NCBI GenBank assembly: GCA_951804945.1
Contig: OX638150.1
Coordinates: 82,088,001-82,152,000 of the forward strand
DNA from: Podarcis cretensis
Taxonomy: Eukaryota
Direction of reading: 5' to 3'
Length of the DNA: 64,000 nt
The position numbers were made by a program, and so were the translations under genes. Each line of letters starts with the position of its first letter. Positions within the stretch are counted from its first letter, which is position 1. Below, piece after piece: positions 12,705 through 24,952 of the stretch. Under the pieces are notes generated by a model. It was given only the letters and a program-made list of their open reading frames with translations. It was not told the origin of the DNA and ran no database searches.

Positions 12705-14146
12705 CTAGGAATGCAAACAAACAGATTAGCTTTTAAAAGGATTTGCAGAGGCAAAGCTTTTTATAAGAGCTCCGTGCCGAATAAGCAAAAGCAAGCACTG
12801 AACCGGTACATATAGTTATATATTATTAATAAGCTATACTATGACATTTTTTGTTGCAAGATGCAGCTAAGATCCAAGAACAATAGCTTAAGTGTACCAA
12901 AGGGCTTGGCATGCCCAATGAGATGTTTTGCTTTGTTTTTTGAACAGCCAAGCCCAAGCTGTATCACAGTTCGCTTTATCAAACTCCTCAGTAGTTTACC
13001 ATGTGGCCTGGGGAGCTGCAGTTTGAAAGAAATTAAGACCAGGGTCTCCTGGATGCTTAGGAATGAGCACACAGTTCTCTGGATCCCAGCGACATGTCAG
13101 AATCAGAAAATGTTGCACTTGGGCTTGTAGCCTTAGCTTATTCGTCTTCTTCTCTGACTTATAGCACACTGAAGAGTAGCAAATTTTAGTCCTAGCATAT
13201 TCAGCCTAACCTTTATAAATGAATAATAAAAGAACCAGTAGCTAAGAATATTTGGCAAGAATGTATCATGGACTAAAAGATAAATATCTTCCAAGTATTC
13301 ATAAGCATAAAGGACCTTTGCAAAAACCAAGAATTATCTCTCTGAATGATAAGTTTTTACTTTTTCCACTTACTATCGCATTCTCTTTGTGGGCTCAAAG
13401 GCTATAAGCTACCTTCAACCTGTTTAACCAATTTATTAAAATAACTATAAACTAAAGCAAGGTCTAGAATACTTGCTAAGGACACAAGAATCTATAACAA
13501 TAAATCTTTTCTGAAATAGAGACAACACCTATGTGACCTAAAGGCTCAAATAGTTCAATGGGGCCTTTAAGCATGTTTTAAGGAGTGAGGAAATAGCCAG
13601 TTTCCTCAAATATGACAAATTTCAACAGAGCCAGAAATAAACGCTTTGAAAGCATGACTGTCAACGGCTAAACAAATAAAAAAAGCACTTCCTTGCCATT
13701 TTGTGCAATTCAAATGAAAGAACGGACTGACTCCTGGACAAAATTTAACGACCTGTATTGGCCTTTACTTTTCTGTGTTTATGATCCCTTTATATTGACT
13801 ATCATGGCTCCAAGTTGGATGCAGAGGTCTCTGTTTGTGGAAGGGATTGAGATTCAGTGGAGGCTCCCAGTGCATGAAGAAGACAAGGTGATTTTCACCA
13901 AATCTGCCTTCTCCGTGTAGCCCCATGTGTTCTGTATCCTGACACTCTGGAGCAGCTTTTCAGAGAGCACAGGAATTTTGGGGGAGGAATCAGGGGAAAA
14001 TGCCCTCTTCCTTCAGCGGGAGAGCCCTGTGGGAAGACTGCCGCCCATAGAGATTTTGATTCTGCATTTAATGATCCTCTGAACCCAATCCACAAATTGA
14101 AAAGAGCACAGAGCAACCAAGGTTGAAGACATCATATATTTCTCAA

Positions 14147-14174
14147 ATACATACATACATACATACATACATAC
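14147..14174. repeat. (ATAC)7 microsatellite forming the TKT exon 5 donor
   Basis: Seven exact copies abutting exon end at 14175. Confidence 0.95.
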
Positions 14175-14366
14175 CCAAAGGCTTCACAACGTTTTTGGTA
14201 GATTTCAACGTGATGCTGCAGAGGCGCAGGGTCACTTTGTCCAAGTCGGTTAATGTCAAGAATAGCAACCAAATTATCCAGCTTGTAGAACCCAGCAAAG
14301 GCCATTGCCTCCCAAACTGAACCTTCAGACAATTCTCCATCACCGAGGACACAATAAACACGGTAG
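14175..14366 (-). CDS. TKT: Transketolase exon 5 ([20 protein letters not shown]...DINRLGQ...CEAFG), ThDP-binding motif
   Basis: CAG acceptor, GTATGT donor, 192 nt; GDG...N thiamine-diphosphate motif visible in ORF 14132..14482. Confidence 0.98.
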
Positions 14367-15124
14367 CTGCGTATTGAACAACAAAAAGCAGGGACTAAAT
14401 ATTCAGTATCGTAAGTTGACAAAGGAGGAAAAATACTTTCAGATAAGCCTACATAGTATGGACAATACAACGGTAGCCCCAATGAAACATTTCGCCTTTA
14501 AATGACACTCTTCCTACATAGATTTTGTTGGCTCTTCTTCAAAGCCTATAACATGCTTCAGCCCTCTGAGGAATTTTGCTTCTGAATACTTTCCTTTCTT
14601 TTTACCATTTTTTGTTGCATCATTATTACATTACCTAGTTAGGTGTTACAGCAGCATATCTGTGTATCTGGAGAAAATAGGTCTGGATCTTAGGAGCAAA
14701 AGGCAGGCAGGGGCACAGGACACCTCTGTGACTTACATCTCTACAGCCCATCATGCCAGCCACATGCTTCCTAGCCTGACAGACTTTTGGTATCAAAAAA
14801 TTTTCAAGTAACAGCCATGTGAAAGTCCGGTATATCACTTCCTTTTATTCTTAAATTCAGACCCTGCCACTATCCCCAGCTTCCTGTGTGGCTGGGGAAG
14901 AACTGGATTTCAACACAGACCTGCTGCCGTTACATTCGGTTTCACCATTAGGACAGGGGCAGGAAACTTGTGGCTGCCCATATGCCCTTGGACTAGTGCC
15001 CACTATCTCTGAGCAATGGCCATGCTGGACAGAAGTTTCTAGTCCAACAACATCTGAAAAGCCTTAAGTTTCCCACCGCTGACTTTGCTACAACCAGAAC
15101 GAGTGCGCTTGGCATACTATTACA

Positions 15125-15260
15125 CGGCCTTTCTCAAACTTGGGTCCCCAGATGTTGTTGGACCACAACTTCCATCATCCCTGACCACTGGTCCTGGTAG
15201 CTAGGAATGATGGGAGTTGTAGTCCAACAACATCCAGGGACCCAAGTTTGCAAAAGGTTG
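15125..15260. mobile_element. 136-bp palindromic hAT MITE (related interior to 63138-63273); older relative adjacent at ~14955-15081
   Basis: Shared core ccatcatccctgaccactg...gatgggagttgtagtcca; fold-back structure. Confidence 0.8.
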
Positions 15261-15949
15261 CTATAATGTTTCCAAAGCATGCTCTCTGGATACTAAAGGC
15301 ATTAAGATGTCTTGGGTTATTTCTGTTCTGGCGGCCAGTTTATTTTGATTTATTCCTTTAATCAGAGAGAAAGTATACAATCCTCATTAGATGGTCGATC
15401 CAAATGTCTTGTTTGTGTTGGTTTGTGACTCATTTATACTAAACACTTAAGTGATTTATAGTACTGGATGCGACATAAAATAAATTTTATGAGCCTAAAA
15501 GGTGAATCAGACAAAGGTTCATCTAGTCCAGCTTTCTGTTTCCACCAGCAATCCAGCAATTGTGTTCCGGAAAATAGTCACCAAAACATAATTTTAAAAT
15601 CTAATTTAAAATAATGAGTCAGTTTTGAAGACAGGAGGAAGAAAATGCAATTTTTTAGAGCTGTGTCAAAGTAATCACAGAAAACGTACACATGTGCAGA
15701 TAAAAGCTTTATGCTAGCTATGCCATATTTCTTATGGTTGCCATCCGCAGGGGTATGGACACAAGATTTATGCCTGCATTTGGGGATTTGGTTTGACAGG
15801 TCACACAAGGCTTGTGGATGCTCTCCGATGTCCTGTTCTACGATCAGGCTTGCACTACAGACATAAGCCTGCCTTAAATGTCATGGCTTCTCCCCCTCCC
15901 CAAGAATCGTGGAAAGTATTGATCTTATTAGAAAGCCCTCCCCTTTATG

Positions 15950-16235
15950 GAATGCGCCTATGGAATGAGCTGCTGCAGGATATGGTAGCAGCCATTAGCC
16001 TAGATGGCTTTAAAAGCAGATTAGACAAATTCATAGACTATAAAAGGCTATTAGCTGCCACTAGTTATGATGGCTATATGCTACCTCCAGATTTAGACAA
16101 GACGCCACTGAAATACGGTTGCTGGAAACAATAGTGGGAAATGTCTTCATATTCTGCTTGTGGGCTGCCATGGGGCATCTAACCGGCTAGACTAGATAGG
16201 TCTTTGCTCTGATGCAGCAGGATTCTGTCCTGATG
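15950..16235 (+). mobile_element. Old CR1 LINE 3' fragment
   Basis: LWNELLQDMVAAISLDGFKSRLDKFI peptide typical of CR1 ORF2 end, followed by 3'UTR-like sequence. Confidence 0.75.
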
Positions 16236-16815
16236 ACAAGAGGCCTCTGTAATAGTTTTATCAGCACCCATGCAAAATTACAGTCATTTAGAAGCTATGT
16301 CTGACATTACTGGAACCTTAAGCACTACAGATTAATATTGGTTTTAGGATTCTAACATAAACGTGCCCTGAGAGGACAGCTTTTGTTCATAGTCGCACAC
16401 CATGAGAAAGAGGCCGCAGACAAGTATTCTTCAGCTCTGTAATGCAGGTTTTTAAGACCAAAATTCAAGCCCTCCTAGTGTAGTTCACTGAACTAACTTC
16501 ATTTGTTCCTGTAGGCTGCTGCGGTTTTTAAGAGGCCTAATAATGTGTGCCCGTGTGCCCTAGAAAGTATTTAAGGAGCTCGTAATGAGCAGCAAGAATA
16601 ATCTGAAACACACATTATTCTCTACTTTTGGTTTTTCCGCCTAAGTCAAAGCCTCACCTACAGGTAATCAAAATGAGTAACCAGAGGGAAGCTGTGAGTC
16701 ATTAGTGCCAATTATTGTAGAACGAGAATGTAACCTTGAGGGGGAAAAGGTGCTCTAACAATGACTCTTACTGTAAAGCTGGAATGAATGCGTGCCTGCT
16801 AAACACACCATCACT

Positions 16816-16830
16816 GTGACTCAGCAAAAT
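16816..16830 (+). promoter_or_regulatory. Consensus antioxidant response element (CNC-sMAF site) in TKT intron 4
   Basis: GTGACTCAGCA followed by AAAT; neighbouring AP-1 TGAGTCA at 16695-16701. Confidence 0.6.
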
Positions 16831-18214
16831 CCTTGGGAAAGCTCAGCTATTACTTAACAAGTGCTGCTTATAATCTATCCAGCCAGAGGCAAGGATTTGC
16901 ACATTATTCAATATGTATATTTGAGTCTAAATGCTTAACCTATAAGAACTGCTATACCTCAAGGGAAAACAAGTTGGGACACTAAAATGCTTGAAGTTTT
17001 GTTTGCTTGTTTTATAGTTCATGGCTCCAACCAGCACCAATGGAAACTCCCTTTCTGGGTTGAAGTGAGGCATATTTAGCAGAGGATAGAATTTCCCACC
17101 CACACATCGCTATTAGCTGTAAAAAAAAAACCAACCAAACATACAAATGCAACTTCCAAATGCATTTAGAGTCATGTTTAATTTGGCCCTCAGTTGTGGC
17201 CTACTGCAGTTAAATAAATAAAAGGTTCAGCTCCACTTCCATTATACTGGGTTTATCCCCACTTCTTTCGTGTCATTAGCATCTGCCACAAGTAAAAGCA
17301 CTGGGAGCAACAGTCTTGCACAGCAATGTTCCTTCTTGGTACGGCTGATTATATTAATATAGATTAGAAATCTTTTGATTTATTAAAAAGGTGCCCAAGA
17401 CTCAGCCTTGCATTTAAGCACTAGCCTGGTAGTCACAAGTGATTAGGAACTGCATGCAGGTTGAGTGCATGATGCTATTCTAAGCAGGCGAGTGGTGTTA
17501 ACAGAGGGATAGAGGAGTCTGTCCCTGCTGAGCAACCAGCAGAGAGACTAAGGGAGCTGCCGGAGGATGGAAACCCTTTCCCATTTACTTCCAGCACACA
17601 AATGCCACAGCTTGTTGCAAAAGGAACAGAGCTCTCCATCCATCCTTTGCTAGCCGCCAGCAAGCTTGTAAACATTTCTGCAGACTAGTAACTTCTATGG
17701 GCTTATTTACAAGGTCTGTGAGTTTTAAAATGCACAGCAAAAGAACTGATTTTAAAAACGTTCTTAGAAAAAGCTGCAGACGGCAGGTGTTTTCTTTGAA
17801 GAGGCATCCCCTGTCCCCTCTCTCTTACAGAGGATGAAAGGTCTGTAGTAAGATGGTGCCTACTGCAACATGTGCAGGCACTCAAGAGTATGCTTGCATT
17901 GTTGTTTATTCTGATGCAAATTTACACAGTTACAGTCAACTAAAAACCAAGTAACTAGCATTTCTTTAATCAGGTGACAGTTCTACTTTATGATTTTTTC
18001 AAATGAGCAAATCCTGGTAGGGACAGCAAGGGATAGAAAGAGCCACTGTGAAGTAACTGCTGCATTGTGCAATTTGATGCCATTTTTTTCTGGCAGACAT
18101 TTAATGGGTGATTTGCTACCCATCCCAGTATCTCATGATGGGGAATGCACCGGCAGCGGCATTTAAACCTAATATGCAGCTGTTAAAAGGCCCAGGAGGC
18201 TGATGGAACAAAGC

Positions 18215-18345
18215 TGACAATCCTAGATGGAAGGGAAGTTTTTAATGTTTGATGTATTATAGTATTTTAATTTTTTTTTTTTTGGAAGCTGCCCAGAGTG
18301 GCTGGGGAAGCTCAGCCAGATGGGCGGGGTATAAATAATAATAAA
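18215..18345 (+). mobile_element. 3' end of L2-type retroposon with (AAT)n tail
   Basis: gctgcccagagtggctggggaa...cagccagatgggcggggtataaataata terminus recognised as a common lizard repeat end. Confidence 0.6.
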
Positions 18346-18359
18346 TAATAATAATAATA

Positions 18360-18407
<48 letters not shown>
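18331..18407. repeat. (AAT)n-(ATT)n compound microsatellite / AT-rich palindrome
   Basis: Direct reading; symmetry centre 18360/18361. Confidence 0.95.
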
Positions 18408-18410
<3 letters not shown>

Positions 18411-19549
18411 ATTCCTCTCTCAGCCTTAAGATTTTGTGAATCAAACTCAACTCCAAGTGACTGGGTTTCTCCCCCCGCCCCCCGCCCCCCAGTTTAGCTT
18501 TTCTGCATTTCCTATTTCCTCAAATACTTTACAGATGACTGTATAATTTCTGGGCTGGTTTGTCTATTTGTCAAAACAACAGTGTGCAAATTAAATGTAT
18601 TTGTGTGAGAGGTGAGGTGGGGTGTGTGAATATAGCAAGCTGGCAATAATACAGCAAGGCAGGAATAAAAATGAATAAATACTGATGAGAGCAGTTCATG
18701 CTATCATCTACAGTAAATATCATTTGTGTTAGAGCACGTATCTGCAAACTTTATTAGTCACCTAGCTAAATTACGATTTTACAAAACCCTGGCTATGCCC
18801 CAGCATGACGTGCAAAGAGCCAGTGAGCACCAACCGTAGGCAGAGATAAAGTCTTTCTATGAATACCACCTGCCAGGCTGCATTAAGATCAGCACATCAG
18901 TGTACACAGAAATGCTTTCAAGCAAGTGAAGTGTGCAATGTAAAATTGCATTTACTCAGCAACCCAGATTTTCATGCTCTAATACTGTCACATAAAATAC
19001 ATCAACTTCCCCAACACACACAGACAAATGCCTTTGGATATCTACTTTTCTTTAACACCACATGAAGATTTTCATACCAGTTCTAACAGGACTATTGCCC
19101 TTGAACTCACTACGAGTTGCACAACAGGGTTCTTCTGCATAATATCCTCTAACACCTTTGTTGGACAATGCTGTGTTGCCATAACAATCTTTGAACAAAA
19201 TTTGCTTTCGCTCAAGCTAAATACTTTCATATAAAGTCACCTTTCTATTCCATTGTCACTAGCATTATTTCTACAGAGGTATGGAGATTCTTGCTCTTTC
19301 TCTTATACATACATGGGCACTGAACAAGCTATAATTGCAATTCAAAAGGTTGGGGACCAGATTTGGGATTTTTTTGCTCTGTGCCCAATTCAACAACAGA
19401 TGAATCTTGTTAATTTAGCAGGGTCTGCATTCTCAAACTTGAGATTGGAAACTTGATTGTGTAACAGCATCATGGGCAATTTTGCTTCATTTCCTTATCC
19501 ATCCATATACCTCCATGCAAGCAAAGAGGGTGAAATATTTTCAAGATAC

Positions 19550-19647
19550 CTGGCTTTGTCAAAGTACTTCCCGGTGTAGGCCATACCGCATGCAGCACCC
19601 AATCCTTGACCGAGTGATCCAGTAGCGACATCAGTGAATGCTTGTTT
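19550..19647 (-). CDS. TKT: Transketolase exon 4 ([33 protein letters not shown])
   Basis: TAG acceptor, GTATC donor, 98 nt; TGSLGQG motif. Confidence 0.97.
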
Positions 19648-20731
19648 CTAAAAAGAAGAAGCAATAGCATGTAATCAAAAGAATACCTACTTCATAAACC
19701 CTAAAGCTTTCAATCCTAGGCACACCAGCATTGAGCCCAGTTGGGGTTACTTCCAAGTAAGCATTCACAGATCAGGCTGCATGTTCAACCCTGACCCAAA
19801 GTTCCCACAGGTACATCTAGTGAAGCAGGGAAAGATACCAGCCTACCTCTCTGAAGACTACTTTGTGAAGCTCACCTTTTCACCACCAATACTCATCTTT
19901 TTAGCCCTCTATATTATCTAAGTACCATACCCCACCCAACCCCACCCTGCCCTTGAAATCTGGCCCTTAGTCAGCCTTAGCTGCCAGATCAAGCACTCCC
20001 TCTGAGCACTTCAGAAAGTCACAAGAAGAGCCTATGGGCTGCATCCAATACAACTGGAGTTCCATTCATGCAACAAGACTACGTCTTCTGTGTGACCCAA
20101 AAATCTGCTCTGGTGCACAAGGGGCTGCGGGGAAGAGGAAGCAGACATTGTGCAAGAGGTAGTATGTGCAAGAGGTAGTATGTTGTGTGAGCAGATCAGC
20201 AGCCCCGGATGCAACCCTACATGAGTAAATTAATGCAATACAGGTTTGTCAGGAGTTAAGTATTACTCTGCAGTCATAACCTATACCGCACATCTCTGAA
20301 GGTCTGAGATGCAAAAGCTGCACCTGCCCCAAATATTTAAAGCCCCATTTTCTGCTCTTAGCTGGCAGCTGTTGCAATGGTCATGTTAAATAGATTCTAA
20401 CAAACAAAGAAAGCATGCTGAACTAATCATCTTGATCAGCTGTACGTTTCAAAAACAGCTGCTCATTAGGTGAACCTGTGCCTGGCGACGCTCCCTCTTA
20501 ACATCAGTCCAGAGACAAAGCAGACTGAGACTAGGCAACTGTCCATGGATCTGCCCTTCTACCACGTTCAAGAGCAGAGGGTGAGAGATCAAATTCTACA
20601 GCCACTTCGATGGGCTTCTGCATCTAGGGCAGGCAGTGGCAGTGTGTGGAGGGGATTTGTGATGAAGCATCATCCATTCTCAGAGGTATGAGAGATGTGT
20701 CAGAGCATCATAAAAAGTAGCCTGTTTTTAT

Positions 20732-20980
20732 AAAGGGAAAGGGAAAGGGAAAGGGACCCCTGACCATTAGGTCCAGTTGCAGATGACTCTGGGGTTGCGG
20801 CGCTCATCTCGCTTTACTGGCCAAGGGAGCCAGCGTACAACTTCTGGGTCATGTGGCCAGCATGACTAAGCTGCTTCTGGTGAACCAGAGCAGTGCACGG
20901 AAATGCCATTTACCTTCCTGCTGGAGCGGCACCTATTTATCTACTTGCACTTCGTGCTTTTGAACTGCTAGGTGGGCAGG
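20732..20980 (-). mobile_element. 5'-truncated Sauria SINE
   Basis: High similarity to 24596-24845; (CCCTTT)n tail variant; TSD AGCCTGTTTTWAT at 20719-20731 and 20981-20993. Confidence 0.9.
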
Positions 20981-21253
20981 AGCCTGTTTTAATACCATAG
21001 CTAATATTGACAAGCATGAAAGTAAAGGCATTGAGTGCTGTTCTAAAATGTAAAAGTAATCTTCTTTGGTTGCTTTCTTGGGGGGGGGGGAACCTTTAAC
21101 TATACTTCATTTGTTGTCAACCCATGGGTTTATTTCTGTTACCTAAACCATTGCTAAACTATCACTATGAACCAGATGTCGACAGTAGTGTAAAAGGTAC
21201 ACAAACTTTTTGATTCCTAAGGCAATCTCCCTGTGTTTTCCTGAAATACTCAC

Positions 21254-21367
21254 TGGCACAGGGTGGCCTTCCAAAATGGAATCAATTTTCCTCAGGTTTA
21301 ATAACTCTGATTCATGGAGGAAGCCTGCTTCAGCCCAGGCAGCATACAGGATTGGGGCTGCATGACC
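21254..21367 (-). CDS. TKT: Transketolase exon 3 ([38 protein letters not shown])
   Basis: TAG acceptor, GTGAG donor, 114 nt; GHAAP and GHPVP histidines present. Confidence 0.97.
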
Positions 21368-22440
21368 CTAGACGAAGGGGAAGAAACAAAATCAACAATT
21401 GCAGACCATCTTAAGAAGAGAGGCAAAATAGCATGCAAGGATATGGAAATGCTCATGTCAACATGTTGCCCTCATATTCTGCTTGCAGGCATCTGGTTGT
21501 CTACTGCAAGAACAGGACACTAGAGTAGATGAGATTTTTGCTTGATGCAGCAAAGCTCTTGTGTTTGTTTTTTAAATTAACTATTGAGGAGAAAAACCAT
21601 TAGATATCATACTAGTGACATGGTCCCTGCTGAAGGGTCTTATTCAAATCCGAGAGTTTAAATGAGGCAAAAAGGGACAGTGAACTAGTAGAAGGGGGAA
21701 AGGGGCTCAACAGAAAATGGGGACGGCTGTTCTAGAACAGGAAACAGCATGGCAAACATGGCAAAAACAGGAGTAGGAAGTAATGGAAAAGAGGGTGGGA
21801 GCAGACAAGCAGCTAGAACAGAATAAGGGAAAGTTTCTAGAAATAGGTATGTCCACATGTGCAAAGGGAAAAAATATTTGAAGTCAAAGACCAGAAGGCT
21901 GCAAATACTTTCTCCCAGTCCCTCCTTTGTTCTGCTCATTGTAGAGAGAGGCAAATGCCCAAAGTGAGAGACGAGAAAACGAAAATCCCAAGGATCCTGC
22001 AATATATGGGGCCTCCTGGTTAATGGTTTGCTTCTCTTCATAAGTGAGTTTGAGCCCCACTCCCCATCTCAAGGTGTGCAAAGAGGTAGAGAAGGAGTAA
22101 CAGCCCAAAGCAAAAGACAGCCGGCTGAATTTCAAGTTCCACTGAAATTAATGTCCCATTCGCTACTTGTGCTACTGATACCAATAGGACTTAGGTGTGA
22201 CTAACTTGACTGGCATTTGAGCCAATGTCTCAAAAGCCCAAGGAGTTTGAAATAAGTGCATGAATCCAAGGGTCAGCACAGAAATTGTGAAGGATGGCAA
22301 AGAAATTCTTGGGTTTTTTGCATTGTTGTATAAGAACACGGCTGAGGATATTTTTTTTGCAAAGAGCCATTAGGAAACAGAGTAGAGTATTCAAACAGAG
22401 CTAGCCTTCAGGAGAGTAATGAAAAAGATCTAGCTCTTAC

Positions 22441-22558
22441 CTTGGAAAGAACAAACCGGTCATTGTTAGGATTTCTGGGATCCTGCGGCTTGTACCTCAT
22501 GGTATGGAAAAACAGCACAGACATGATTTCTGCAGCACTGCAACATGACGTTGGGTGG
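22441..22558 (-). CDS. TKT: Transketolase exon 2 ([39 protein letters not shown])
   Basis: CAG acceptor, GTAAG donor, 118 nt, frame continuous with exon 1; contains conserved His of HPTS. Confidence 0.97.
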
Positions 22559-24028
22559 CTGCAAATCAAAGCACACGGAGCGTTACAACTGCAGCCTCTT
22601 GTCAGGTCACATTCCTGTCACTGAAACACCAACATGCTCATCCTTCCAGGCTTCCACAGGGAAACGTGCCATTAGAAGTGCCTGTGAGAACTCCTTCCAT
22701 CTACTATCATCCTAGTGTCCATTAGCTCTGATCAGTTAAGAGAAGAGAATGTCGTGTTATTTCCCCCAAAATGGATGCCGAAATGTAAGCTTCAGTGACA
22801 GGACACCTTGAGCTACATTCACTCCACTAAGATCAAGAAAGAGCATCAGAATCAGCAGCTATTATGTTCATGAAGTTACACATTCACCTACTTTTAAAGA
22901 AAAGCTTCATTTCCTGTGAAAGGCCCAAGGAGATCTCCTTGACCTGAACGAAGCCTGAACAATACTTAGGTATTTTGGGGAAATGGCCACTCGCCTATGG
23001 TTTATTATACGTGGCTAAAGAGTATTCGCCGCCTAGATGCCGCTGGACTCTACTTCTCACCAGCCCCAGCCAGGATGATGGGAGTGTAGTCCAGCAATAT
23101 CTGAAAGGACACAACTTTGAAAGAGCATTTATCTGACTAGATGTTAAATTTTAATGAGCACTTATAAAGGAAAGTTAAGCTTCAGAAAACAAATTGGTGC
23201 ATTATGACATTGGATATGTTTTCTCTCTTTCGAGAGCACAAGTTGAAGGAGATTTGCAGCAGGGATTTCAATGACCTTGTGAAGGAGCATGTCATCTATG
23301 ATTTTCTCCTGAGCTTCAGGGAAGGGTTTCAGTTGGTTTGCAAAATAATCATGTCAGTACATTACTAAAAGGAAGATGAACAGGAGAGATGCCCTTTCTA
23401 GCACTGCAGATTATTAGGCTATTTCAGGACAAGAAACAAGTACAATTCTGTTTAACCTAGTATAAACTTGAAGTGGCTTGCTTCCTCCTCCTATATATCC
23501 CAATGTGATCTTAAGGATCAACAGCAAACAATTCTTGTAGTACCACACCTGAGCATCATGTTCGGGCAGCAAGAGAGATTCTCCACAGTTGTTAAACTAA
23601 TTTATTTAAGAGGTTTCTAAAAGCCCCAACTTGCCTTGAAAAAAAAAAGAAAAACCTCAATACATCTGGCATTTGAATGGTGGAGTGGGAATTCTTCTCC
23701 CCACTTCATTTTTCATTTGTGAACATTTGTCATACCCTTTTAAGATATTGCCTACTCTGAACGATTATCACAGGGAAACGAGAAATTAACATTTCTAGGG
23801 ATTGGAGAAACTGAGAAAGCAAGCACCACCCTGCAGTGAGATTTACTTTGTCTCTAAAAGACAGAATTTATAAGAATGCATACAGTTAATTATAGATAGT
23901 ATAACAGCATTCCATAAGCAAGGCATCTGGATTTCAGAATTTTGACTTATTAATAATATATCATTTATTTTAATATATTTAACAGAATTTTACAGCTCAA
24001 CCCTATGTATGATTACTTAGCCCTGCTT

Positions 24029-24571
24029 CAAGTGTGGAGAAACCTTTTGGCTCCACAGGCCAGATCCAACTCACGGGCCAAATTTAACAAGTGAGTGAGG
24101 ATGCCTACCTGTCAACCCACATTCTGTCACAAACGATATCAAGGTTTTTGCCCTTTGAAATCCCAAAGTCAGGACTTCAAAGTTTGCAGCAGGCAGGAAG
24201 GCACTGCTAACATCTGTTTCACTACAAGGAGTTTACAGTGAAACAGCTGCTGAAATTAAGAAAAAGCTTGCTTTTAGCAGTGCTTTGCTACCTGCTGGGT
24301 GCTCTGAAAGTGCAGTCAAACTGAGCAGATTTGGGTGTGTGAGGGAGTTTCCTGTAGGATCACCCTTTCTTTGCCAATGTACCAGGAGGGCAATCCTGCT
24401 TAGTGCTGGGTACCAGTTTTGTGCAGCATTTCAAAGGCCCCCTACCCTTATCTGAATGACTCTCAGATGTAGGACAAGTGAGCATGGCTTGCCCAAAATG
24501 GCTTTGCAGTCCAAATGGGAAAAGTTGGCAGGCTAAAACTGGCCCCCTGGGCTGGAGGTTCCTCACTCCTG
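24029..24571. mobile_element. Old hAT-type non-autonomous element (related copy ~2610-2908)
   Basis: Termini caagtgtggagaaacct / aggttcctcactcctg; degenerate 8-bp TSD. Confidence 0.5.
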
Positions 24572-24595
24572 TCCTACTGGGTTCAATGAGGCTTA

Positions 24596-24952
24596 AAAGG
24601 TAAAGGTAAAGCGACCCCTGACTGTTTGGTCCAGTCACGGATGACTCTGGGGTTGCGGCCCTCATCCAGCTTTACTGGCTGAGGGACCCGGCATACAGCT
24701 TCCGGGTCATGTGACCAGCATGACTAAGCCGCTTCTGGTGAACCAGAGCAGCGCACGGAAACGCCGTTTACCTTCCCGCCAGAGCAGTGCCTATTTATCT
24801 ACTTGCACTTTCATGTGCTTTCGAACTGCTAGGTTGGCAGGAGCAGGGACCGAGCAACAGGAGCTTACCCCGTCACAGGGATTCGAACCGCCGACCTTCT
24901 GATTGGCAAGCCCAAGGCTCAGTGGTTTAACCCACAGCGCAACCCGCGTCCC
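24596..24952 (-). mobile_element. Full-length Sauria SINE (Squam1 type)
   Basis: tRNA-like head with B box GGTTCGAAT (24889-24881), (ACCTTT)n tail, 11-bp TSD AATGAGGCTTA at 24585-24595 and 24953-24963. Confidence 0.92.

Noticed and set aside
24875-24952. tRNA-like sequence with A and B boxes
   Set aside because: It is the head of the Sauria SINE, bounded by the SINE TSD, not a tRNA gene
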